Positions 7,776 to 19,726 of a stretch of 60,567 bases of DNA are shown one piece after another. Where the stretch lies: positions 1 to 60,567 of the forward strand of contig CAWKAR010000014.1 in assembly GCA_963847625.1 (NCBI GenBank). Direction: 5' to 3'. The position numbers and the translations under genes were made by a program. A model generated the notes under the pieces. That model was not told the DNA's origin, made no database searches, and saw only the letters and a program-made list of their open reading frames with translations. Numbering within the stretch: the first letter of the stretch is position 1; each line of letters begins with the position of its first letter. Source of the DNA: a candidate division FCPU426 bacterium. Its GTDB lineage: Bacteria > Oederibacteriota > Muellerivitia > Muellerivitales > Muellerivitaceae.

Positions 7776-10490
7776 ATGGGATTTTATTCTTATTGGGGAA
7801 AATCGGATTACACGAATCCCGAATCTTGTACCTATCATCCCCTTGCTTTTCATTCCCTGGATGTAGCCGCCTGTGGCCAGGTGTTATTACGGACCCATTC
7901 CGGTTGGCTGTCGAACATATCAAAAGTTTCCGGTATGTCTGAAATCCCTTTACTCAAATGGTTGACTTTCATTCTGGCGATCCACGACCTGGGTAAGTTT
8001 TCTGATGGTTTTCAAAACAAAATCCCGGAACTTTTCGAGAAACTTCAACAACGCAAGACGCGCTCGGCCAACACAGAACGGCATGATGTTCTGGGCTTCG
8101 CTTTTTGCAAAACCAAACTTCCTGGATGGCTTGTTGATAAGTTTCAATACGGTGGCTGGGATACTGATACCTTTCGCGATCACTTGGAGCCGTGGCTTGC
8201 GGCTGTCACTGGGCATCATGGTCGTCCCCCAAAAACACAAAACCTTTATGGGCCGCTTTTGGATGAGCAATTTCCGGAAATAGTTGAGAAAGATATTTAT
8301 GGTTTCCTGGAAGTATTGGTTCCGCTGTTTTTGCCAAAAGGAATACCATTCCAATCGGATGAAGACGTGATTGATTACTATGAGGCATTTCCCAAGGCTT
8401 CCTGGCTTGTGGCGGGGCTGGCGGTGGCGGCGGATTGGCTGGGGTCCAACCGCAATTGGTTCCCCTATTGCGAGGAAACTGAAATTGCTTTGGGGGAATA
8501 TTGGAAAAAGAGGGCATTGCCCCAGGCCCTGAAGGCTGTCCAAGAAAGCGGATTGAGCGGTGTTGATGTAGCGCCCGTTCAGGGACTGAAAAAACTGTTC
8601 AATCTCGAAACGCCGACATCCCTTCAAACATTGGCTGAAAAAATTGAAATACCCGAAGGCCCTCAGCTTTTTATCGTGGAGGAGGTGACAGGCGGAGGAA
8701 AAACTGAGGCGGCTATCGTCTTGACTCAACGGATGATGAAACGGGGGCTTGGGAACGGCCTTTTCCTGGCTCTTCCCACCATGGCGACCGCTAATGCCAT
8801 GCATGAACGCGTCCAGAAGGTTTACCGCCACCTGTTCAGTGCAGAGTCCACCCCATCGCTGGTCCTAGCCCATTCCATGTCCCGCATGAAGAAACTGGGG
8901 TTGGAGGAAAAGAACAAGCCCGATGGTGGTTACCGTGGCGAGGACAACCCAAGCGCCTCGCAGGCCTGTTCCCAATGGCTTTCGGACAGCCGCAAGAAAG
9001 CCCTATTGGCCGATGTGGGTGTGGGCACGATCGACCAGGCCCTTCTTTCTGTTCTCCCTGTGAAACACCAATCCCTGCGCCTGTTGGGTTTGAGTCGGAA
9101 GATTCTGCTGGTAGACGAAGTCCATGCCTGTGACGCCTATGTCCTCCGGTTGCTTTGCAGGCTTTTGAAATTTCACGCGGCCTGGGGAGGGTCGGCCATT
9201 CTTTTGTCGGCCACCCTGCCGATGGGGATGCGGGCGAAATTGCTGGAAGCCTTCGCGGAAGGGGCCGGTTGGGCCACACTTTCGCCGCAAAAATCCGTTT
9301 ATCCGTTACTCACCCATTTCTCGCATGAAACCCTTCTCGAAAAACCATTTAAGGCGAACTCGCGGTTGGCCCGTCGTGTCCAGGTGGAATTTCTGCTGGA
9401 CGAACCGGATGTCTGGAAAGCGATTAGCGCGGTTTTGGAAAAGGGTCGTTGCGCCTGCTGGGTCAGGAACACAGTAGCCGACACTATGGAGGCATACGAG
9501 GAAGCCGTCAAACGTTTTGGCAAGGATAAGGTTCGATTATTTCACGCTAGATTTGCCATGGGTGACCGCCTGGAAAAAGGGGCTTCCATTCAGGCAGACT
9601 TCGGAAAGGGAAGCAAATTGGACCAGAGGGCGGGAAAGCTTGTCATCGCCACTCAGGTCGTGGAGCAGTCGCTCGACCTGGATTTCGACTATATGGTGAC
9701 GGACTTGGCGCCAATAGATTTAATTCTTCAAAGAGCGGGCCGCCTGATGCGTCATTCGAGGGATGCAAAAGGTAATCCTATCCAAGGGCTGGACCAAAGG
9801 GGTGATGTGGTGCTTGGAATCTTGATGCCGGAAGCAACGGAAAACACCGGGAAAAAATGGTATCAAGATCTGTTTCCCAAGGCGGCTTGGGTATATCCCC
9901 ACCACGGCCAGCTTTGGCTGGCGGCGCGATGGCTCCAGAGAAAGGGTGGTTTTTCGGTGCCTGGTGATTCCCGCGACATGATGGAAACCGTTTATGGGGA
10001 AGATTTCTTGGAGAAACTACCGGAAACTTTGAAGGATGTCGAATTGGGCGCGGAAGGGAAAGATAAAGCTGATAGTTCCGTGGCGGCATTCAACGCACTC
10101 AATCTGGAACTGGGATATTTAAATACAGATACCAAATGGGACGATATGAACGCACCCACCCGCCTGGGGCAACCCACTATAATGGTTCGCTTAGCCCGCC
10201 AAAAGGACAACGTATGGGGGCCTTGGTGGGAAGGGGAAGGGATCGTTTGGGAAAATTCCCAGCTATCAATCCGTTTGGCTTTGGTGGCGGAGGAAGCGCC
10301 GGAGAATAAGGCGATAACCGATGACCTACGCAAGACGATGCCTGATGAGGGGCGGTATTGTGTTGTAATACCCCTGCGTGAGAAGGACGGTCGTTGGATG
10401 GGAAAGGCCCTTGGTAAAGATAAGAAGGCCGTGGCTATTGAATATGACGACGAGTTTGGATTTCGTTTAACAAGAGGTGACGACGAATGA
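7776..10490 (+). CDS. cas3: CRISPR-associated HD nuclease/helicase Cas3 (type I-E)
   Basis: HSLDV..IHDLGK HD domain; TGGGKTE, DEVH, SAT and QRAGRLMRH SF2 helicase motifs; start uncertain (ORF opens at 7692). Confidence 0.96.
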   Translation: MGFYSYWGKSDYTNPESCTYHPLAFHSLDVAACGQVLLRTHSGWLSNISKVSGMSEIPLLKWLTFILAIHDLGKFSDGFQNKIPELFEKLQQRKTRSANTERHDVLGFAFCKTKLPGWLVDKFQYGGWDTDTFRDHLEPWLAAVTGHHGRPPKTQNLYGPLLDEQFPEIVEKDIYGFLEVLVPLFLPKGIPFQSDEDVIDYYEAFPKASWLVAGLAVAADWLGSNRNWFPYCEETEIALGEYWKKRALPQALKAVQESGLSGVDVAPVQGLKKLFNLETPTSLQTLAEKIEIPEGPQLFIVEEVTGGGKTEAAIVLTQRMMKRGLGNGLFLALPTMATANAMHERVQKVYRHLFSAESTPSLVLAHSMSRMKKLGLEEKNKPDGGYRGEDNPSASQACSQWLSDSRKKALLADVGVGTIDQALLSVLPVKHQSLRLLGLSRKILLVDEVHACDAYVLRLLCRLLKFHAAWGGSAILLSATLPMGMRAKLLEAFAEGAGWATLSPQKSVYPLLTHFSHETLLEKPFKANSRLARRVQVEFLLDEPDVWKAISAVLEKGRCACWVRNTVADTMEAYEEAVKRFGKDKVRLFHARFAMGDRLEKGASIQADFGKGSKLDQRAGKLVIATQVVEQSLDLDFDYMVTDLAPIDLILQRAGRLMRHSRDAKGNPIQGLDQRGDVVLGILMPEATENTGKKWYQDLFPKAAWVYPHHGQLWLAARWLQRKGGFSVPGDSRDMMETVYGEDFLEKLPETLKDVELGAEGKDKADSSVAAFNALNLELGYLNTDTKWDDMNAPTRLGQPTIMVRLARQKDNVWGPWWEGEGIVWENSQLSIRLALVAEEAPENKAITDDLRKTMPDEGRYCVVIPLREKDGRWMGKALGKDKKAVAIEYDDEFGFRLTRGDDE

Positions 10491-12061
10491 ACTTGATCCA
10501 AGATGCCTGGATTCCTGTAAGGCGAAAAACCGGCGAGGTGGTTCGTATCGCTCCGTGGCAGGTGACGGAAGGAAATGGAGAGGAAAATGTCGAACTGGCC
10601 GCGCCCCGGCCCGATTTCAACGGTGCGCTTATCCAATTTCTGATCGCTCTTTTGCAAACGGCTTGTCCTCCGAAAAACATCGGGGTGTGGCGCGAATGGT
10701 TGAAAAGTTCACCTAAGCCGGATCAGTTGAAGAAGGTTTTTGAGCCCTTCGCCAAGGTGTTTGAACTGGATGGGGACGGCCCCCGATTCATGCAGGATCT
10801 GACGCTCAAGACCAAGGATTTGGAAACAAATGGAATTAGCGTACTCTTAATCGAAACACCGGGTGAAAACGCGAAAAAAAAGAATACGGATCACTTTATT
10901 AAGCGTGATCAGGTTGTGAATCGACTATGCGAACCCTGCGCGGCCTTAGCCCTATGGACTCTTCAAATTAACGCGCCTGCCGGGGGCCAGGGTAATCGTG
11001 TGGGTTTGCGAGGGGGTGGGCCCCTAACAACATTGGTTCGCTTGGATAAATTCTGGCCCAGTATTTGGGCCAATGTTTTGGAAGAAAAAGACTTTTTGTC
11101 TAAAGGGGGGGAACCCAAGAAAAAAGAAATGAAAGATATTTTTCCATGGGTCGAAAAAACAAGAACGAGTGAACGCAACCAGACGACAACCCCCGAGGAT
11201 GTTCATCCACTTCATCAATTTTGGGCTATGCCCCGCCGAATACGTCTTGAATTTCAAAAGGCGGAAGGGAGTTGTGATCTTTGCCATAGAAAGTTCAATA
11301 TTTTTTGCAGTGAATATTTCACGAAGAACTATGGGTTTAATTACGGCGGCGCATGGAACCATCCTTTAACCCCTTACACGACAAGTCAAAAAGACCCCAC
11401 TCCTTTACCTTTTCATCTCCACGAGGGTGTCGGTTACCGCCATTGGCTGGGGTTGGTACAGGCCCGGGTCGAGAAAAAATATTCCTTTCAACCAGCCCGT
11501 GTGGTGGAACGCTTTAAGGGGATTCGGGTTGGTAATGGCGGCTGGTTCAGGTTGTGGGCTTTTGGATACGACATGGATAACATGAAAGCCCGTTGTTGGC
11601 ATGAGGGGGAAATGCCGGTTGTAACTGTTGATAAATCCATAGAGGTGAAATACGAGCACTACGCCATGGCTCTTGTTTTAGCCGCAGAGGAAGCAGCTAA
11701 CTTGTTGAAGTACCGCCTTCGTTTGGCGTTGTTTGGCGATAGAGCGGAAGCCCGGGGTAACTTGTCATACGCATTGGACAGTCTTTGGGAAAAGAGTGAA
11801 AAGGCTTTTTACGATTATTTGGAAAAATTGAGGATGAGCCTGGAAAAAGGTGGCGATACCTTGCCTGAAAGGGAGTCGTGGCGGGAGTTGTTGGCGAAAA
11901 TCGCTGATGGAATTTTCAACGACGTCACTCAAAACGGGTTTTTCGAGGCTGTTGAGCCGGGCAGGGTGGCCAGGGCATGGAAGCAATTACAGTGGGGAAT
12001 GAACGGAAAGAAGATACGAGAGATATTGGAATTGTCGGTCGATGAAAAAGTAAGCGTGTAG
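10487..12061 (+). CDS. cas8e: Cascade large subunit Cas8e (CasA/Cse1)
   Basis: MNLIQDAWIPVRR, RPDFNGALIQFLI, NAPAGGQG.RVGLRGGGPLTT; position after cas3. Confidence 0.93.
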   Translation: MNLIQDAWIPVRRKTGEVVRIAPWQVTEGNGEENVELAAPRPDFNGALIQFLIALLQTACPPKNIGVWREWLKSSPKPDQLKKVFEPFAKVFELDGDGPRFMQDLTLKTKDLETNGISVLLIETPGENAKKKNTDHFIKRDQVVNRLCEPCAALALWTLQINAPAGGQGNRVGLRGGGPLTTLVRLDKFWPSIWANVLEEKDFLSKGGEPKKKEMKDIFPWVEKTRTSERNQTTTPEDVHPLHQFWAMPRRIRLEFQKAEGSCDLCHRKFNIFCSEYFTKNYGFNYGGAWNHPLTPYTTSQKDPTPLPFHLHEGVGYRHWLGLVQARVEKKYSFQPARVVERFKGIRVGNGGWFRLWAFGYDMDNMKARCWHEGEMPVVTVDKSIEVKYEHYAMALVLAAEEAANLLKYRLRLALFGDRAEARGNLSYALDSLWEKSEKAFYDYLEKLRMSLEKGGDTLPERESWRELLAKIADGIFNDVTQNGFFEAVEPGRVARAWKQLQWGMNGKKIREILELSVDEKVSV

Positions 12062-12064
12062 TAA

Positions 12065-12595
12065 ATGGGAGGGAATATGCCAGAAAACGCTGCATGGCCC
12101 AAATTCAAGTCGAATGAGAAAGCGGGCGGTTTGTTATTGGAGTGGTGGAAAGAATTGACTGAGAATCGGGGTGACAGGGCGGATTTAAAAAGGACCTCGA
12201 AACCTGTGGCTGTTATGTTCAATCCAGCTTATCACCGGTTCCGTATCCGTCTTCTATCGGCTGGTTTCAATGTCAATAACGAAAGATTAGCTGTGGTTGT
12301 GGGTTTATCAGCGCGGGTTAAAGATAACAATTCATCCAAGCCAGTAGCCCGACAGATGGGGGAACTCAAGTCGGCTGGCCGCCAATCTGTTGCCGAATTG
12401 CGATTTCGGAGGATATTGGAAACCGATCAGCCGGAAGAATTGTTTCCGATATTAATTAGAGCCTTATCGCTGTTGGGAAATACCGTCAATCTTTTGGATT
12501 TGGCCGATTCCGTTTACGGTTGGAACGACTTTCAACGGAAACGGTGGGCGTTGGAATACTATTCGATGCTTCCTGAAAAAGTTTCTAAATCATAA
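12065..12595 (+). CDS. cse2: Cascade small subunit Cse2 (CasB/Cas11)
   Basis: RGDRADLKR, SELRFRR-like (AELRFRRIL), WALEYY; operon position. Confidence 0.92.
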   Translation: MGGNMPENAAWPKFKSNEKAGGLLLEWWKELTENRGDRADLKRTSKPVAVMFNPAYHRFRIRLLSAGFNVNNERLAVVVGLSARVKDNNSSKPVARQMGELKSAGRQSVAELRFRRILETDQPEELFPILIRALSLLGNTVNLLDLADSVYGWNDFQRKRWALEYYSMLPEKVSKS

Positions 12596-12618
12596 CGAAT
12601 TACGAAAAGGAGCATGTC

Positions 12619-13677
12619 ATGGGAAATTTTCTCCAGTTGCACTTGTTGACTAGCTATCCCCCCGCCAATTTGAACCGGGACGATTTGGGCCGGCCTAAAA
12701 CCGCCGTGATGGGAGGTGTTCAAAGGCTCCGCGTTTCCTCGCAAAGTCTCAAGCGGGCATGGCGAACTTCGGAATTGTTTGAGGAAGCCCTCAAGGGTCA
12801 TGTTGGTATCCGAACAAAGGAAATGGGCATCAAGGTTTTCAAGAAGCTCCAGGAAAAGGGTGTATCCGATAAGAAGGCGAGGGAATGGGCACAAAAGATC
12901 GCGGAACAATTCGGGAAATTAAAAGAAGCCAATAAGGAAAAAGAAAACCAGGATCTGGAAATCGAGCAATTGGCCCACTTCAGCCCTGAGGAAGATCAGG
13001 CTATTGAGCAATTAGCAAATAAACTGGCTAAAGAAGAACGGTCTCCCAAAGAGGAAGAACTGAAACTGCTCCGAGAAAAACATAAAGCCGCCGATATCGC
13101 CCTTTTCGGTAGAATGCTGGCGTCCAGTCCGGTTTTTAATACCGAGGCTGCGGCCCAAGTGGCGCATGCCGTCACGGTTCATAAAACGGCCGTTGAGGAC
13201 GATTATTTCACTGCTGTGGATGACCTGAACGCGGGAATAGAGGACGCAGGCGCGGCACATATCGGCGAAACGGCATTCGCCGCCGGGTTGTTCTACCTCT
13301 ACGTGTGTGTGGACTGTGACTTGCTGGTCGGGAACTTGAGCGGGGATAAAGATTTGGCTAAGAAGACACTCAAGGCTCTGACGGAAGCGGCGGCTACCGT
13401 AGCTCCCACAGGCAAGCAAAACAGTTTCGCTTCCAGGGCCTATGCCGGTTACGTGCTGGCCGAAAAGGGTAAGCGCCAGCCACGCTCTCTCGCGGCGGCG
13501 TTCCTGAAGCCTGTGTCTGGAACGGATTACGCGGACGAGGCTATCAAAAAACTCAACGAAATAAAAGACAAGATGGACAAGGTATATGGCCCCATCGCGG
13601 AGAAGTCTTATGAGATTGACGCGGTTAATGGTAAAGGGACATTGAAGGACTTGTTGGAATTCGTAGCGGATATTTGA
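12619..13677 (+). CDS. cas7e: Cascade backbone Cas7 (CasC/Cse4)
   Basis: NLNRDDLGRPKTA, RVSSQSLKRAWR, DIALFGRM, DDYFTAVDD, PTGKQNSFA. Confidence 0.96.
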   Translation: MGNFLQLHLLTSYPPANLNRDDLGRPKTAVMGGVQRLRVSSQSLKRAWRTSELFEEALKGHVGIRTKEMGIKVFKKLQEKGVSDKKAREWAQKIAEQFGKLKEANKEKENQDLEIEQLAHFSPEEDQAIEQLANKLAKEERSPKEEELKLLREKHKAADIALFGRMLASSPVFNTEAAAQVAHAVTVHKTAVEDDYFTAVDDLNAGIEDAGAAHIGETAFAAGLFYLYVCVDCDLLVGNLSGDKDLAKKTLKALTEAAATVAPTGKQNSFASRAYAGYVLAEKGKRQPRSLAAAFLKPVSGTDYADEAIKKLNEIKDKMDKVYGPIAEKSYEIDAVNGKGTLKDLLEFVADI

Positions 13678-13684
13678 GGAAACC

Positions 13685-14401
13685 ATGATCGACTACTTGG
13701 TTTTCCAACTTTATGGCCCCATGGCGGCTTGGGGTGACATTGCCGTGGGCGAGGTAAGACCCGGTGTAATTAGGCCTTCCAAATCCGCTGTTCTTGGTTT
13801 GGTGGCGGCTTCTTTGGGCATTAAGCGAGAGCAAGAGGATGAGCAAAGGAAATTGACGGAGGGTTATGGTTTCGCCGTCAGGGTGGATCAGCCCGGTGCG
13901 CCTTTGACCGACTACCATACCATCCAGATGCCGCCCGCCAGCGAGACCAAAAAACGGGGGATGCATACCCGCAAGGATGAATTGGAAGCAGAGGAACTTG
14001 GAACAATTCTTTCCAGCCGGGATTACCGTACCGATTCCGTGTCCACTGTGGTTCTTTGGGCCAAGTCCGGTGCGCCTTATTCCCCCGCGCGATTGGCCCA
14101 AGCCTTGGCAGAGCCTTGCTTTGTCCCTTACTTGGGCCGGAAGTCATGCCCCTTGGCCCTGCCGGTACAAGCCCAGGTCATACAGGCGGTGACTATTCGC
14201 CAAGCTTTGGAAAATGCTTCATTCGCCTCGAAAGAATGGGTTGGTGATTTGGTCGGGCCGGGCCGAAAGGCCCTTTATTGGGACAAGGAAGGTAATTCCG
14301 GCCTGGAACCCCAGCATGAGTTCACAGCCAGGGATATTGCTATTTCCCGGGTTCGTTGGCAATTCGACACGCGGCATGAAAATCACGCGATGCTAGATTA
14401 G
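13685..14401 (+). CDS. cas5e: Cascade subunit Cas5 (CasD)
   Basis: LYGPMAAWG, PSKSAVLGLVAASLG, DYHT, YLGRKSC. Confidence 0.95.
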   Translation: MIDYLVFQLYGPMAAWGDIAVGEVRPGVIRPSKSAVLGLVAASLGIKREQEDEQRKLTEGYGFAVRVDQPGAPLTDYHTIQMPPASETKKRGMHTRKDELEAEELGTILSSRDYRTDSVSTVVLWAKSGAPYSPARLAQALAEPCFVPYLGRKSCPLALPVQAQVIQAVTIRQALENASFASKEWVGDLVGPGRKALYWDKEGNSGLEPQHEFTARDIAISRVRWQFDTRHENHAMLD

Positions 14402-14410
14402 GGAGGCCCC

Positions 14411-15127
14411 ATGTATTTTTCCAAGGTGGCATTGAGGCAGGATGTGGACCCGAATCGTTTGGCCGGGTTATTGGGAGGAAATGAATACCGGGAACATCAA
14501 ATCCTATGGAAGTTTTTCCCTGGTGTGGAGAAACGCACCGAAACGAAGCAAAACGGGAAGGACGAACGTGCCTTCCTGTTTCGGCGGGAAGCCGGGAAAT
14601 GGCCATGCTTTTATATCATGTCCTCTCGTAAGCCCCTCGCCGATGGGGATGGCGGTGACCTTTGGACTTATCAGTCCAAGGAATATAGTCCCCAAATCCA
14701 TGCTGGTCAGCGACTAGCTTTTTCCCTGCGGGTGAACCCCGTACGTTCCAAGGTTCCGAGTGAGAAGGGTAAAAGAGGGGTGCGGCACGATGTGGTTATG
14801 GAAGCCAAGACCCGCTTGAAAAATGGCGGCATTCTCAAGAATCAATGGCAACCAACGCCCGAACTGATGGCCGAGGAAGGATGGAAATGGCTTTCCGCAA
14901 GGGCTCCGAAAAATGGTTTTGCCATTGCAAAAGGGGAAATTCGCGTTGATGGCTACCGGCAACATTGGTTATCAAAACGGGGTGGTAAACCTATAAGGTT
15001 TAGCACCCTGGATTTTCAGGGTATTTTGACGGTGGAAGATCCCGGTAAGTTCAAAGAGGCTCTTTTTAACGGTATCGGCCCGGCGAAGGGGTTTGGATGC
15101 GGGCTGATGCTAGTGCGGAAGATTTAA
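14411..15127 (+). CDS. cas6e: crRNA endoribonuclease Cas6e (CasE/Cse3)
   Basis: HQ.LW..F, FSLRVNP, C-terminal GIGPAKGFGCGLM Gly-loop. Confidence 0.95.
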   Translation: MYFSKVALRQDVDPNRLAGLLGGNEYREHQILWKFFPGVEKRTETKQNGKDERAFLFRREAGKWPCFYIMSSRKPLADGDGGDLWTYQSKEYSPQIHAGQRLAFSLRVNPVRSKVPSEKGKRGVRHDVVMEAKTRLKNGGILKNQWQPTPELMAEEGWKWLSARAPKNGFAIAKGEIRVDGYRQHWLSKRGGKPIRFSTLDFQGILTVEDPGKFKEALFNGIGPAKGFGCGLMLVRKI

Positions 15128-15132
15128 AGGTA

Positions 15133-16339
<1,207 letters not shown>

Positions 16340-16410
16340 TGCTTGGGTGTTTTTTTAAGCTACGGAGCCATTTGTCGGAAAAATGACGCTTTAAAGGGCC
16401 TTTTATAAGT
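16340..16410 (+). promoter_or_regulatory. CRISPR leader (short, 71 bp)
   Basis: Lies between the cas2 stop and the first intact repeat; degenerate repeats are at the opposite end of the array. Confidence 0.7.
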
Positions 16411-19225
16411 GCGTTCCCCGCGTACGCGGGGATGAACCGCCACGATGCGCCGGTAGTAACCGATGGAAGGCGTTCCCCGCGTACGCGGGGATGAACCGAA
16501 ATTGTACGGTCTGCGTTCCCCGCGTACGCGGGGATGAACCGAAATTCAGCCAGCCACCGGCGGGAGGTAAATTGCGTTCCCCGCGTACGCGGGGATGAAC
16601 CGAAGGAAAAAATGAAATTTTCGGAAAAGTTAAAGCGTTCCCCGCGTACGCGGGGATGAACCGGACGGGAAATGCGCCACCGTCAACCGCAACGGGCGTT
16701 CCCCGCGTACGCGGGGATGAACCGGACGGGAAATGCGCCACCGTCAACCGCAACGGGCGTTCCCCGCGTACGCGGGGATGAACCGGTCACGAAAGCGTCT
16801 CCCGTGGAATGACCGGCGCGTTCCCCGCGTACGCGGGGATGAACCGTTCAACTATTTATCTTCTTTCGTGTTTCCAAAGCGTTCCCCGCGTACGCGGGGA
16901 TGAACCGTAGGGCGCGTGAAATAAATTTCCTGTGTTATCGCGTTCCCCGCGTACGCGGGGATGAACCGAAAGGGGACGAGTCAAAGCTGGTTCTTGATTT
17001 GCGTTCCCCGCGTACGCGGGGATGAACCGATCGATAACATCCTTTCACCGCTCCCCTCCACGCGTTCCCCGCGTACGCGGGGATGAACCGCTTTTGACGG
17101 AATTGGGAGTCGAACCGTGAGGGCGTTCCCCGCGTACGCGGGGATGAACCGTAGACAAAGCCCATCCATCAAATCTTTCTAATGCGTTCCCCGCGTACGC
17201 GGGGATGAACCGTTACTCAACCCCTATCAGCTATACCGTGGGAAGCGTTCCCCGCGTACGCGGGGATGAACCGGTTACCGGCCAATCCTTCGGGACCGGG
17301 ACCACGCGTTCCCCGCGTACGCGGGGATGAACCGATGCCTCCGCGCTTGCGCCCGCGTTCATGTGGCGTTCCCCGCGTACGCGGGGATGAACCGATTCAA
17401 ATGGGAATACTCGTTGGATTACTGGCGCGTTCCCCGCGTACGCGGGGATGAACCGCATGAGTTGGTGGTCGGAAAATTATTGGGCGGGCGTTCCCCGCGT
17501 ACGCGGGGATGAACCGTGATTGTGAACAGCAACGGTACTTATCAGCAGGCGTTCCCCGCGTACGCGGGGATGAACCGGGTGGCAACGTTTGTATACCTGC
17601 TCACGGAAAGCGTTCCCCGCGTACGCGGGGATGAACCGGTTACACCAGCTTTTGGTGATATCTTTACCATGCGTTCCCCGCGTACGCGGGGATGAACCGA
17701 CCCCCGCGAAAAAGCAGAACAACAACTCTTTGCGTTCCCCGCGTACGCGGGGATGAACCGAAAAAAATAACGGAGAAGCGGGCTATTCTTAAGCGTTCCC
17801 CGCGTACGCGGGGATGAACCGCCGGAGGTGAAGGAAAAACATCGGGCGTACATGCGTTCCCCGCGTACGCGGGGATGAACCGATACCACTTCGCCTTGTT
17901 GAGTTTGTTTCGCCGCGTTCCCCGCGTACGCGGGGATGAACCGGAAAATGAGGTCCGGGAATTGTGCAAAAAACTGCGTTCCCCGCGTACGCGGGGATGA
18001 ACCGGAAACCCAGCACCTAAAGGAAACCCCGACTGAGCGTTCCCCGCGTACGCGGGGATGAACCGTTACTCCCGGGGTCGTCGGAGGATATACGACGGCG
18101 TTCCCCGCGTACGCGGGGATGAACCGCTTTTTAGCTTCTTTGGCCGCTTTCTTTTCTGGCGTTCCCCGCGTACGCGGGGATGAACCGACGTTGTTCATAG
18201 ACCGAGTAGTTCGGCGCGAGCGTTCCCCGCGTACGCGGGGATGAACCGAATCATCCGATAGCCACCGGGGTATTGGTGATGCGTTCCCCGCGTACGCGGG
18301 GATGAACCGGTAGGTTCTGTAGGCTTGTTTTTTGTTTTCATGCGTTCCCCGCGTACGCGGGGATGAACCGAAAAATGAATTTAGGAATATGTTGTCCATT
18401 ATGCGTTCCCCGCGTACGCGGGGATGAACCGAATACTTTAGGAATCATCCTTTATCAAGAGCAGCGTTCCCCGCGTACGCGGGGATGAACCGTTGATTAT
18501 CTGGGTCTTTTTCATGGGTAAGAGGCGTTCCCCGCGTACGCGGGGATGAACCGGTGCTGTTAAATGGGATACCTATAAAGCAATCGCGTTCCCCGCGTAC
18601 GCGGGGATGAACCAGGAGTTGTCCCTGGTGGGAATACCTCTTTTCGGGCGTTCCCCGCGTACGCGGGGATGAACCGCTGCCCAACCTAGTGTGGAAGAGG
18701 AAGCTGCGGCGTTCCCCGCGTACGCGGGGATGAACCGACCCAACTGTAGCACAGGGATAAAAGCTCCCAGCGTTCCCCGCGTACGCGGGGATGAACCGTT
18801 TTGGCGCTTCGGACGATTCCTAAGCGTAAAGCGTTCCCCGCGTACGCGGGGATGAACCGTGATTTGGACTCCTACATCTCTTTTTGACACAGCGTTCCCC
18901 GCGTACGCGGGGATGAACCGACCCCATGGTAGGGGTCGCGGGACGGCTCACCGCGTTCCCCGCGTACGCGGGGATGAACCGATTTTCCTATGGGTCCAAA
19001 TCATCTCACAACTGCGTTCCCCGCGTACGCGGGGATGAACCGAAACATTTAGTTGGGGGCCATTTGTTTGTTGGGAGTTCCCCGCATATGCGGGGATGAT
19101 CCGAGTGGTTCGGCCAGGGTTGCCCCGAAAAAAAAGTGTTCCCCGCCTGCGCGGGGATGAACCAGAGCCGGTCTTCACCGAGTTCGGCGACCAAATGCGT
19201 TCCCCGCGTATGTGGGGATTAATTA
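16411..19225 (+). CRISPR. type I-E CRISPR array, 47 repeats / 46 spacers; repeat GCGTTCCCCGCGTACGCGGGGATGAACCG
   Basis: 29-bp repeat at mostly 61-bp period, counted by hand from 16411 to 19197; last three repeats (19075, 19136, 19197) degenerate. Confidence 0.98.
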
Positions 19226-19726
19226 CAAAATCTGTACCTAAGACGCCAAAAGAGGGAAGCGGCCATTTCGCAGCTTTTACGGGAGGAGCGCTGGTAGAAT
19301 TGAAGCCAAAACATCAATTGCGGTTTCGCAGAACGTGATGAGAGAAACATTACGCTTAATATTGTCAAGATCCACCAGGTTTTGGGGTGATCTATCAACA
19401 AACTCTCCTGAGAAATTCAAAATGGTGGTTCGTTTCACCTGGTCAGTATTTTACCTTTTCCAAATAAACCAATATCAATTAAGATTTCATTTTCTGCCAG
19501 TACGTCCTCGAACATTTTTTCAAAATTCCAGGTTCCTTTAAAAGATTCAAACCATTTTTGCCCTAGGACGACCCAGAATTATTTTTAAAGATTTTGGTTC
19601 ATCATAAAAATCTTTCGGGGAACAAACTAACGGGCCCGGAAGGGCCCGAATTAGATAACATGCAGGCCGTTCCTCCCGCCGGGATAGAATCCCGGCAGGA
19701 GTGTCTAGCTCTTAAGGAGGAACGGC

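Noticed and set aside
17091..17122. Spacer CTTTTGACGGAATTGGGAGT... resembling ardC near 524-540 (self-targeting)
   Set aside because: Only about 17 nt with mismatches and the remainder diverges; compatible with chance.
16403..19338. Many ORFs with SSPRTRG / RFIPAYAGNA repeats
   Set aside because: Translations of the CRISPR repeats, not genes.
19226..19620. Possible gene remnant after the CRISPR trailer
   Set aside because: Short broken frames with no recognisable family; cannot be supported.
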